A program made the translations under genes and the position numbers. Below, in pieces: positions 26,700 through 37,810 of a stretch of DNA of 64,000 nt. The notes beneath the pieces are model-generated. The model was given only the letters and a program-made list of their open reading frames with translations, was not told the origin of the DNA and made no database searches. The stretch is from Lama glama (taxonomy: Eukaryota), in assembly GCA_028534125.1 (NCBI GenBank), contig CM052817.1:45324001-45388000 (forward strand), read 5' to 3'. Position 1 is the stretch's first letter. Each line of letters starts with the position of its first letter.

Positions 26700-27590
26700 T
26701 TTTAAATGTTATAAAAAATTTCAAACCTAGAAAAGAATGTAGAGAAAATAGTTATATAATGAACTCTCACAAACTAGTCATCTAGCTACAACTATTAATA
26801 ATCTGTTGACAATCTTTCATCTATGTGCACCCTCATCAACTTTTGTTTTTTTGGGAGAATTTTGAAGCAAATCCCAGATATTATATTATTTCACTAATAA
26901 ATACCTTAGTTAATTTGTAAAGTTTTCTTGTTCAGTTAAAGCTTCTATTTTTACTGACAGTGATGGCTCCAATGAATCAGAACAAGATATAGTAAAATCT
27001 ATAATAAAATGAGAGAACATAGATAAAACAAAATCATCTATGTAAAGTATCCAGCGCAGTAATAAGCACAGAGTAGATTCTTTCCTTTCCATTCTGCAAG
27101 TGCTTTAAATTTGAAAAATTCACAAAAATTCCTTAATGTCATAAAGTGTCTAATCAATACTCAAAATTTCATTAACTTATTTGTAATTTGTTTATATAGT
27201 TTGAATTAAGAATCACACTGAAGTCTAGAGATCACAATTGGTTAATATGTCCTTCGAGATTCTTAATTTACAGGCTCTTCTTAATCTTTCTCACTCTCTT
27301 TTTTGGTTTGTTTGTTTAAACTTTGCCATTTAGTTGTTGAAGAAAATAGGTTATTTGTCCCTTAGAATTTTCCATATACTATAGTTTAATGTTTCCTCTG
27401 TGTCCTGTATTTCATATAAACTCATAGTATAGCTTGATCAGAATCGGGTTCAAATTTGGCAAGACTGTTTCATAAGAGGTTGGTTTATTCCTGTCCAGAG
27501 ACACTGAACGTCTGGCGGCCTTTCTTTTTATGATATTAACAATCATTGGTGGTCATTGTCTAGATTTGTCTTTATTTTTTATCACTTGTT
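26700..27590 (-). mobile_element. L1MC-like 3' end, interrupted at ~26910-27105
   Basis: aaaaatttcaaacctagaaaagaatgtagagaa...ttttgaagcaaatcccagat...aattccttaatgtcat typical of antisense L1MC4/5. Confidence 0.6.
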
Positions 27591-27707
27591 ATAGCTGTTT
27601 AAAATTCATTGACTGTGAAGAGGAATGTTCTATTTTTCTATATTTAGAAATGTGAATGTAGGCAGTTTTTCTTTGGTATGAACTGTATGTATTCCTTGGT
27701 TTCCCAG

Positions 27708-27796
27708 AAATGCTTACACATTGACCCGGACAAAAGGCCCTTTTGTGCTGAGCTCCTGCACCATGATTTCTTTCGTATGGATGGATTTGCTGAGAG
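27708..27796 (+). CDS. CDKL2: CDKL2 coding exon 6 ([30 protein letters not shown])
   Basis: Kinase subdomain XI DPxxR; ttcccag acceptor, GAG|gtatag donor; 89 nt. Confidence 0.95.
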
Positions 27797-28289
27797 GTAT
27801 AGTACTGACTGTATTTTCTAGGTCACACCAATCTGGAGTTAAAGTAAGGCCTCCATAACAGTACATAACAGTAACAAACAGGATTCCTCTTATTTCTCTA
27901 TCCACTGACTATTACAGGATCTCAAATATTTACCATCCTACCCTTAGCGATAATGCATTCCTAGGAGTGGTCCCCCTGCATTCACTAAATTAAGGCTCTC
28001 GGTTTTCACGATGCAGTCCCTTCATGCTTTTCTTTCTGTCTCCCTGTGGTGACATCTGCCATTCAGGTCACTGATCTCTATGTTGCTGTGTGATGCCATT
28101 ATCTTGGGTGCTGATGCATTTGCAAAGGTGCTGTCTCCTGTTGCTGCTGAACTCACACCACGCCCAGTCCTATGACACTGCTGGCACTGCTGATGTGCAG
28201 GAGACCTTGATGTGCCAAACCTGTGGGTGCCAGAGCTGCTGGCATGGTCTCCTGTTCTGTTCCAGCTGCTGGCATCAGTGCAGCTGACA

Positions 28290-29645
28290 AAACAAAAAAT
28301 AGTGAGATGAGTGGCAATGACATTGCTTTATATTTTTGCTAAAATATTTAATATCTAGCTTAATAAAAGATAGCTAGTTCTCATATTGGCTTCTGCATTC
28401 AATTAGTTGTGATATGTTGTTTTGGTTGAAATATGTGGAGAAACTCAGGCCTCACACAAATGTGTAGTTGGAAAATCGAAGAGTATTTTAATAGCCCTTT
28501 TAGATCACTATCGATATTCTTCTTTGATTTTATACCAACACTTTGGTACTACTCCAAAACTTGACAGTGGTAGCTTCTTAAATGTTGGTTGTGTTGTGGA
28601 ATCTGAAACAATGTCAATGAACTTCTCTTACTCTGTTACATTAAAATCCACCTGTCTGTCTTGCACTTTGAATAGATCTTTTACTCATGCATGCTTTTAT
28701 AACATCATGCATTAGTCATTTGGAAAATATTATTTTGCTAAGTTATGCAGAGCTTTAAAATGTTGACATTATTTCATTATACAATGTTAAAAAGTCACGT
28801 TCTTTCTTAAAAGTCTTCAGTATTGGGAATCTGCTAAGTTCATGGTAGTGGATACAAGTTAAACAATTCTAATTTTGGATAAAAATTAGAATTTTAGCAT
28901 TGATGCAAATATTATCAGTTGTTTTCCTTGAAGTGACAAGCTCCTTTGTTCATTTTTTGGAAAGGAAATATCTGCTCAATACCCTGAGTCTGAATAATAA
29001 TAATAAATTTTTAAATAGGTTTTTAAATAAAAATGTTGTTCCATGGAAAAAGTAGCTATTTTAGTTTGTAGCTCAACCAATCACACAAGAGCTTTTCTTA
29101 AGACAGCCATTGCACTTTGATTCGTAGCAGAAGTGCTTTATACATATTCTCATTTTGTCACACAGAATGTGAAAAAAAGATGTGTTCAAGGGTTTAGATT
29201 TAATAAAATAAATACTTTTTGCTTTACTGCTTCATCAGGGACATTCTTAAATGAAACTGTCTTTTTTTTAAAATACATATTCCCATTTTGTCACACAGAA
29301 TGTAAAAAAAAAGGTATGTTCAAGGGTTTAGATTTAATAAAACAAATACTTTTTTCTTTGCTTCTTCATCAGGGACATTCTTAAATGAACCTGTCTTTTT
29401 TTTTCTTAAACTGAGGGTGTGTGGCTATGAAGAATACAAAAACTGCTAGCAAAGTTTGGTGCCATTGCTTCAGTTCTTGCAGCTTCTTCAGCCCCTGCAG
29501 CTTTACCCACCATTGCTTTTTATACCATCAGCACAAATGTTAGCATGGCAAAAAAGAAGTCATCTTTGTATTAAGATAAAAAGAGCTTTGACCTCGTGAA
29601 CCTCCTGAAAGTTTCTCAAGGATCCCCAGGGGTCTGCAGACGACC
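28290..29645. mobile_element. Charlie1-like hAT DNA transposon relic
   Basis: gcttctgcattcaattagttgtgatatgttgttttggttgaa... and terminal gacctcgtgaacctcctgaaag...ccccaggggtctgcagac match recalled Charlie1. Confidence 0.7.
29140..29404. repeat. Two-copy ~133 bp tandem duplication inside the Charlie relic
   Basis: atacatattc.cattttgtcacacagaatgt...cttcatcagggacattcttaaatgaa.ctgtctttttttt at 29140 and 29273. Confidence 0.92.
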
Positions 29646-29773
29646 TCATTTCTTATTTTAAATAACATAGTCTAGTTTAATACTCAATTAAAAAATTAAG
29701 TATCTTGAAAACTGATTTTTTCTTGATTTATCTGTCTCATACAATCTTTATTGACAAATGTCTTTTTATGTAG

Positions 29774-29909
29774 GTTTTCTCAGGAACTACAGTTTAAAGT
29801 ACAGAAAGATGCCAGAAACATCTCTTTATCTAAAAAATCCCAAAGCAGAAAAAAGGAAAAGGAAAAAGATGATTCCTTAGGTGAAGAGAGAAAAACACTT
29901 GTGGTACAG
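29774..29909 (+). CDS. CDKL2: CDKL2 coding exon 7 ([15 protein letters not shown]...KTLVVQ)
   Basis: atgtag acceptor, CAG|gtaaat donor; 136 nt. Confidence 0.94.
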
Positions 29910-30282
29910 GTAAATTTCCATGTTTTAATGCATATTAAATTTTAAATGTAATATATCCTTAAATTTGGGTGGGGGGCGAATAATGAAAATTTTAAAAGTT
30001 TCCTGAGTGGTTAACAAGTTAACTTTTAGCTTAGTTTTAAAAATGTATTTTCTCTATAGGCACTGAGTGCCTACTGTGTACCAGCCTGTGCACCAGCCTC
30101 TGGAAGAGGGCTTGTCAGGAAACTGCACTATCCAAGAACATTTAGACATGCGTGTGCACACCCGTATGCAAACACATGGACACAATACACACACATGCCA
30201 TTTTTTTTCCTTAAATGATAGGAGGGAAAATATCATCTTTAGAATTTTATATAAAGTAGAGCATTTAAAAATTGAAATTTGA

Positions 30283-30417
30283 GGAAAGAGGCTATAGCTC
30301 AAGTGGCAGACTACATGCCTCGCATGCACAAGGTCCTGGATTCAATCCCCAGTATCTCCTCTAAAAAATAAGTAAATAAATAAGTGAACCTAATTACCAT
30401 CCCCCTCAAAAAAAAAT
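30283..30417 (+). mobile_element. tRNA(Ala)-like SINE, same family as 25807
   Basis: TATAGCTCAAGTGG...GATTCAATCC...aacctaattacc tail; TSD aaaattga(a/g)atttg at 30268-30281 and 30418-30431. Confidence 0.88.
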
Positions 30418-30898
30418 AAAATTGAGATTTGGGTATTTAATTTGTTTGAAGTTTACTTTTGTTGGTAAGCTATCCAGAATCTGTTCTTGGTAAGATAATT
30501 CAAATCAACCACCAGCCCACTCCCATTTTTCCCGAAGAAGAAAGAGCCCTGAATTTTGTGGTTCCCTGACTCTAAATATATGAGAACAAAAGCGAGCATG
30601 CTTGAGTCCTCTTCCATTTTTTTCCCACTGTAATATATATAAATTTGCTATGTGTATATATCATTAAATCTAATGTACATATCTTAGGGCTAGTATGAAT
30701 TGCATTTTCATTCAAAATAAGATGTCTAACCAAGAATCCTGGGCTTTATTTTAATTCCAGGCTAGAATAAGAAAAACAGGGGCACAAAAAGGTGGTATCT
30801 CTGATATTCTGCTTTAGTTGACGAGTACTTTATAGGGAGAGGTGATTTTTCATTCTCCTCAGATTATTAATATTACTAACATTTTTATTAATGGTCAG

Positions 30899-31197
30899 GA
30901 GTCCAATGCTGATCCCAAAATTAAGGATTCTAAAGTGTTTAAAATAAAAGGGTCAAAAATGGATGGAGAAAAAGTTGAAAAAGTCAGTCGAGTTTCCAAT
31001 GCCAGCTATCTCCACAACAACGTGACAAGCCACATCAAAACAGTGCCTTCCACGAGCCTCCGAGATTGCAGCAATGGCAGTGTGGACCACGCGAGGAATC
31101 CAGGCATGGCAATTCCCCCACTTGCACACAACCTTTCTGCAGTGGCTCCTGCTATTAGTTCCGGGATGGGGACTATCCCAGGAGTTCAGAGTTACAG
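30899..31197 (+). CDS. CDKL2: CDKL2 coding exon 8 ([12 protein letters not shown]...GVQSYR)
   Basis: TACTAAC branch point at 30874-30880, ggtcag acceptor, CAG|gtatga donor; 299 nt. Confidence 0.9.
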
Positions 31198-31770
31198 GTA
31201 TGAGTTAGGAAAATAAGAACAAAATATTGCTTAAATTGCAAATATTTATCAGGTCAGTCCCATGTATTGTTATTCTCAGGCTTCTGGGTGCTATTTATTC
31301 TCATCAGTTTGCTGCTTCAAACGACTTCTTGGCCCATGTGATGAAAATTATTAGCATTTGATCAAAAAATTTACCCGAGTCCTCAGGAAATAGGTTTGTA
31401 TTGTTTAAGTGAAGAGAATCTACAGCTATTTTGTCTAATAACACAAACGGAGGTTGTCATAATAAAAGAGATCATTGGTTTTGAGGGTCTGTTGCCGCCT
31501 GGTGTGGCTGTGGGCATTTGGTAGTACAAAGAAGCTCCTTTTGGGAATTTTTCCTGAAAGGAGGGTAGTTTATTGGAGTTGCAGGCTGGGTGGGAGGCAT
31601 GAGGGTAGGGGTAAAAGGACAGAATGTTTCACCAGATCCATGAGCATTTAGGACTAGGCATTAAATTCTGATTAAACTGCATCTCCTGTGGTGTTGAGTC
31701 ATTTGATTTTGGGCTTGAAAAAAAAATGACTGCTGGTCCTAATATAAATTTTTTGTTGTTTTTGTTACAG

Positions 31771-31864
31771 AATGGATGAGAAAGCCAAGAAGTATTGCAT
31801 TCCATTTGTTAAACCAAATAAACAATCTCCATCAGGCATTTATAATATTAATGTGACCACATCG
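31771..31864 (+). CDS. CDKL2: CDKL2 coding exon 9 ([31 protein letters not shown])
   Basis: gttacag acceptor, TCG|gtaagt donor; 94 nt; ends in phase 0. Confidence 0.92.
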
Positions 31865-32245
31865 GTAAGTGAACTGTTCTCAGTGGCAGAAGAGCAAGCA
31901 TTATTTCTAGATTTTTATTAATATTAAATATGATAGTGAAGAACTGAATATTTTATTTGGAGACATATCATGAAGTGGAAACTCAGTGATGCAGATATCA
32001 TCTCAGCCTGTCAACATCATAAATGTGAAAGTCTTAAAGTTTAAGTTTTATGAAGTTTTTTAAGTCCAGTAGTTTAAATATAAGACTAACTATAAGTTAC
32101 TATTAAAATGACATCTGTTTTAATTTTTTAGTAATGGTAAATTTTTGTAATCTAAGGCTTAGTAATCAGTTCTTTTTTTAGAGTAGGTGAGAAGACAAAT
32201 TGTCTCATCTCACCCACACTAGGTTTTTGGTGGAAGTATTCTATT

Positions 32246-32870
32246 TATTCATTTAACAAATATTTATTGATTATCTATTATGTGTAAGACACTGGAGATG
32301 AATAAGTCCGTCTTTCTCTCAAGGAGGTCATGGTCTAGTACAGAATCAACAAATCAGAACCTAGTGTGAGATCGCAGTAGCAGAAGCACATACAAGCTTC
32401 AGAGATTTGAAGGTTCAGAAGAGCATTATTATGTTCAATATAGCTGTTAGTAGGTTTCTTTTTAAAGTTTAGTTGAATCATTATTGGTCTTTCACTCAAA
32501 ACCCTCCATTGGCTTCTCACCTCTGAGTAAAGACCGAAGTGCTTACAGGGCCCGTTTGTCCCTTGCCTCACCCCTGTCCCCTCCATCCCTCTGCCCCACC
32601 CTGGCTACTCTCATTTTTGGTCACTCTATTCCAACCACACTGGTTTCCTTGTTATTCCTGGAAGATGGCCAAACACGCCCCCACATGTGGGTATTTACAC
32701 TTGCTGTTTCTTCTGTTTTAGAGCATTCTTTCCCCAGATAATCCAAAGAATTTGCTTTTTTCCTCCTTCACTACATGAAAGGGATTTGTGCTTCTTTGTT
32801 TCCCCCACTGCTCTGCCCTATACCTAGAACAGTGTGTAGTGCGTTGAAACTGCTAAAGGAAGGTGGTGAA
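32246..32870. mobile_element. Two LINE-2 fragments in opposite orientations
   Basis: ttcatttaacaaatatttattga (antisense L2 end) then aaccctccattggcttctcacc...cctagaacagtgtgtag (sense L2). Confidence 0.6.
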
Positions 32871-34622
32871 TGGATTCTTCTGCCAGGGAGGGGAAGGTAT
32901 GGATGTATTCCCAAAGGAGTATTTTTCTCACAAATTTCCCTTCTCTAGCTCCCTCATTATCCTCAGATTTGAAAAATACAGCCTTCTCTTCATATCTACC
33001 GCAATTTAGGCATCACATTTGTTTTTCTTTTAATTGTTCTTAACCTGTAACTTCTGTACCCATAGTACTTTCCTTTTTGATATACCTTACTGGTTCATTT
33101 GTGGATATTTTTGCATTTTACATTCCTGGTCTGCTTTGGAAGATTATTTTGATCAGCAAAACTTTTCACAGCTGGCTCAATACCATTTTGCTGGAATCGA
33201 TATCCGCCACCTTTTAGGCATTGCATAATCAACGCTGGTTGATAATTTTAGATCTTATTTCTGTTTATCCTTCTTTGGAACAGGCAATCAAGAAAGGAGG
33301 TAAAGATTAGTGGGGAAAGGTCCACTGGAATCTTTCCTTAGTGAAAATTAATGGAGGCAGAGCTAAGCCTAAACTTTCTTCAACTTGGAGGTGGAATATC
33401 AATATCCCTTTCTCATGCTTTGTGCCCTGATTCTGAGATGTGAATAAACATGTTATTATAGATATCTCTTACGTATTTTACTTGTCATTCTTGGCATATA
33501 TAAATCTAGTAGTTTGGAGTCATTGTTTTGTTTTTTTTTTTTGTTCTTGTGGACAGCTTTTTTTAAATTAATTATTTTATTTTGTAGCTGACTTGAACCA
33601 ATAGGCTTAGCACTTATTCTATTAAAAGAGCAAGTAGAAACACCCAAAAGAAAGAAACTTAAAGGCTTACAATAGGACTCCTGAAGACTTTCTGAGAAGC
33701 AGAGTGACAGAATGCACAGATGTTAAACTCGAGGCATCAAGAACCTCAGTGGCTTAACACTGTTAGATGTCTTTGTGTGTATATTTCAGTATACCTACGT
33801 GTATGTGTATATACATGGATGTACATGTGATTTCATTATACATACGTGGTTTTTCTTTTGGCAAATCATGTAGTCTCTCTGTGTATCATCTGTTTTGAAG
33901 ATGTGGAAATGAATATAGTGTTTCTGTGATTCTCAAATGAAGCAGGGTGGGAAAATGTCAAGTTCACAAAGGTGCAGAACTGAAGTGCTACTACGCTTCT
34001 CTTTATTATTTTTTCAGGCTTTATCAATATGAAGTAATAATACTAAGAAAGATCAGGAAAATAACTGAAGTTACAATTTTTTTACTTAATAAACTATTTC
34101 TAGGAAGATAATATCATTTGCTAACTCTGAGGAGTAAGGCAAAGACAATTAACTATAGAAAAGAGAGTAACAAGGTTATTATTGGGAAGGCAAAAACCAA
34201 GCTAGGAGATGTGATATACACGACGAGATGACTGTTGTCATTGACTATTCAAAACTCAGGTGGCAATAGCAACTGTGTGCTGAAATGCGCAGCAAGTGTC
34301 CTAAGGCCTGACCTTGCTGGCCTGAGAGCCCAGGACATTGATGCCCACCTTCTAACCTTTACTACTCACGGGACTTACACTGAAGGTTGGCAGAGGGAGA
34401 GGGAGAAACTCATAGCAACCCAGCTGCCCACCCGTTAGCAATTTTAATAAATTCAATGAGGAAAAGATTTGAAATAATTGGATGAAATTGTTTTATATGT
34501 TAATAATGTTCTTGAAATTTTGTATTAGTTTGGCTTTTCAATTCCATACATTTATGGATATGAACATAGTAGTTACAAAAAGGGGCAAGCTTACCCATTT
34601 GTGTTAACCATTCTGATGTTAG

Positions 34623-34746
34623 GTTGTTAGTGAAAAGACCCTGCTGCAGGCAAGTAAGAAAAGAAGAGACTACTCAAAGATGGATGTCCGCTTGCCTGAG
34701 CTAAACTATAATCATCTCCCTGAACTAAGAGCCTTGGAAGGCATTG
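34623..34746 (+). CDS. CDKL2: CDKL2 coding exon 10 ([41 protein letters not shown])
   Basis: gttag acceptor, TTG|gtatgt donor; 124 nt, phase 0/1, open. Confidence 0.85.
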
Positions 34747-34980
34747 GTATGTTTTAATGTTTTTACTTTTTCAGCCCTTTTGTTTACAGTATTTAAAATG
34801 TATACTAAATAAACTAATAGAATTTTGAAAGTAAAAATTCATAGTAACTTTCCATATTTAAGTATGTAAATATGTACAGACTTAGGTACAATAAGTACAT
34901 CCTGAGGGACAGATACAGAATGTGAAAAACTAACAAAAATGTCTGATTTTCTCACTGTGTTTATGGTTATTTTTACCTAG

Positions 34981-35087
34981 CTCGAAATTCCAGGTTAATA
35001 AGGAGAGAGAACAAAAATCTTTCAGAATCTCGAATTCCTTCTCTGGCCACTATTGACTTGCACGCCCCCAGTTTCGCGTTACATCAG
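34981..35087 (+). CDS. CDKL2: CDKL2 coding exon 11 ([36 protein letters not shown])
   Basis: ttttacctag acceptor, CAG|gtacag donor; 107 nt, phase 1/0, open. Confidence 0.87.
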
Positions 35088-35883
35088 GTACAGAAATACT
35101 GTCTGTGGGTTGCGTGGAACCTGGGTCTCTCTCATACTTCTTATTCAGATATCTTTGGGAGAGTTTGCTCTTAAGGATTCGGCAGGTTTATTAGTGGGAT
35201 CTATAAAATTTTGCTTGTTAAATTTTGTTTTATGGTTCATTGCACTCAACACCTTTATTGCATTTATGTTTACATAAACATTTCCCAGCCTACAGCAGTC
35301 AGTTTTTTATAGATGAAAAAATTATGTGTGTGTGTTTGTATAGCCTAGCTATGGCTTTTATGTAACTGTAGGCTTTATGGTAGTTTATAGTATTTCAGTC
35401 CATTAATACCAAGGTTATAACCAACCTATCTTTCAAAGAGTGAAACTCTGGAATTGTTATTCTTTAAAAATGTGTTGTCTTTTTGACACTTGTCTCCAGG
35501 ACAATCCATTCTATCCGTGCTAAAGATTTTTCTGTTACAAATAGTCATCTCTAGAAAAAAATAATTTCTCTTATCTCTTCAGAGTATGTACGTTTCTGCT
35601 ACTTTTACACCCACAGTCACAGCACTAAGAAAGCTGGCAGATGTTTTAATCTCCTGAGCCGTCCATAGCGAACCGCAGGCTTGGGATATGTGTCACTGAG
35701 CTTCCACTTTACCTCCTCAGACAGATCTCTCACCTTTGCTTGATGCTAGACAACTTTTGTTTTGGAATTTAATTCCCCAGCTTTATTGTTTAAGTATTTC
35801 CATTTCATACACAACACCTGTATGTTGCCTCCTTCTCTATGTGGATGCCTTTTCCTACTGGTACCCCTTAAATAATTTTGTAG

Positions 35884-36048
35884 AGCTCTGCAAACAAGGG
35901 GAACAATATTGTTGAGGATAACAAATTACAGAGGCAGTCACCCAGTGATACTGCAAACAAGTGTATTGACCTGTGTTGCTTCGCCTCATCTCTTGCTGCC
36001 AATTTTGGTAGCAACGCCCTCCAAACTAAACAAATTCCTGCTGTGTGA
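35884..36048 (+). CDS. CDKL2: Candidate alternative terminal coding exon of CDKL2 (54 aa, SSANKGNN...TKQIPAV*)
   Basis: 87-nt AG-free zone then ttttgtag; open in phase 0 for 54 codons; AATAAA at 36096-36101. Confidence 0.5.
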   Translation, partial: SSANKGNNIVEDNKLQRQSPSDTANKCIDLCCFASSLAANFGSNALQTKQIPAV

Positions 36049-37744
36049 AGATTAATCGCTGTCACAGATTTTGCATTTAGGAACTACAGAGTCTCAATAA
36101 ATTCCTTGTATGCTTCTAAGTTTATATTCAGTGTGGATTTTAAAGGTGCAGAATTTTCCACTTGCTCTTTGTGACAAGTGTACTATTGTTCAAAAACACT
36201 TTGCAAGGTTGACATAATGAAATCTTGTTTCATGTAGTCGAAGAAAGTCTTTGGCTGCCTTTACACTTATTCATTATTTTTATTTGTCCTTTTGAACTAA
36301 TCCTTTTATATTTATAAGCTGGTTCTGCATTTTTACTCTCAGTTTACTTGCTCAATTTCCATTTGTATTTAAAACACAATAAAAGAGAAGGTAGGTGTAG
36401 CAAAAAATGCATTTAACACCAAGATAATATGCACTTATGTGTGGAAAATCTAAGTGGGAAGAGAAACCACTGAAGACTGAAAGCAAAAGTCCTCTGGCAG
36501 AGGCTGCGACCTGCCTTGCGCTCTTTCTTCATGGTCTCCATCGATACATCAAACTACATTTTGTTTCTGAACATAACACAAACATTTTCATGTTTATAAA
36601 AGTCTGTTATGTACCTTCCGGAACAGTCTGTAAGACAGAGTTTTGTAAGTAAAGTATTGCAAAGTCCGTGGACTTTGTCCCCACCCTCTGCATGCTTACA
36701 CATGCTATGTACCTACATGCATAGCTACACATTTTTTCCTCTAAGCACTGTTTTCTTCATCCCACAAATTTTGATAACATCTGAGCCACCTCAGGATTGA
36801 TATCTGTTGATTGCTTTTCCCTTGAGAATTAATCACACTTTCCTGGATATTTTTATGTCCAGTACTTTTGGACTGTATTTCGGATGTTGTAAATGTTATA
36901 TTGTGTAGCCTCTGGGTCTTGTTATAATCTTCAGGAGAATGTTGAAAATTTTGTTTTAGTAGGCAGTCACCCAAATTTTGTTTACACTGTAATTTTGGTG
37001 GTTTAAATCTCAGTTCTCTAGCTCTCTGTAATCCTAGTTTGCATCTGTCCTGCCCTTGTGTAGTTCAGTGGTTGTAAGGTGATTCAAGTCTCATTCAGTT
37101 CTCTAAGCCTCTTGTTTGGAGTGGTCCTGTGCGTGCATCCCTCAGGAACTGGACTGAGACTTCTGTGGGTTTCTACACAGAATCAGAGGCTCTCCTCTAG
37201 TTCTCCTCCCTCCAGAATTCCCGCCATATTTCAACCTGCACGGATCACTTTTCCTGGTTTCTCTGTCTACAAAGATGGGGTTCCTTTCAGATGTTTAGCT
37301 TCGTGCACTTCCTCACTACTCTGAGAATGGGGCTAGCCTTTGGGCAAAGTCACAGAACTGAAAAAATTAACAAAATTAGAAGCCCACGCCCACGAGAAGG
37401 GTTATATCTCCAAGTTTTGACTCTTTCCCTTAATCCTGTTTTTTGTGGGGTTTTTTTTTTTTTTGTTTGTTATTTTCGTCAAAGAGTTTCGCTTTGTTTT
37501 TGGTAATAGGAAACATTGTAGTGAGTGTACATTGCCCTGGGGCATCGGAAGTATCTTTTTAATGTATGTGTCAACAAAGGGGTAAAAAATTAAGAAGCCC
37601 TTACCTCATCTCCCTCTGTGTAAGCAACCTGAGCTATAAATAGTTGATTCTAATCATCTGATACTAGAACAAGAATTTGGATTTGGGGAGAGTAGGACTT
37701 TCAGAATTACTGCAAATCTGTAATGCTCAATGATTAACTTTTAG

Positions 37745-37810
37745 GTATCAGGATCTCCCCCGTCAGATGATTCGGAGGCTGATTTGCCTCGAATGGAACA
37801 CCAGCACTGA
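37745..37810 (+). CDS. CDKL2: CDKL2 last coding exon (VSGSPPSDDSEADLPRMEHQH*); exon extends to 37833
   Basis: ttttag acceptor; C-terminal MEHQH matches recalled CDKL2; exons sum to 1710 nt = 569 aa + stop. Confidence 0.93.
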   Translation, partial: VSGSPPSDDSEADLPRMEHQH

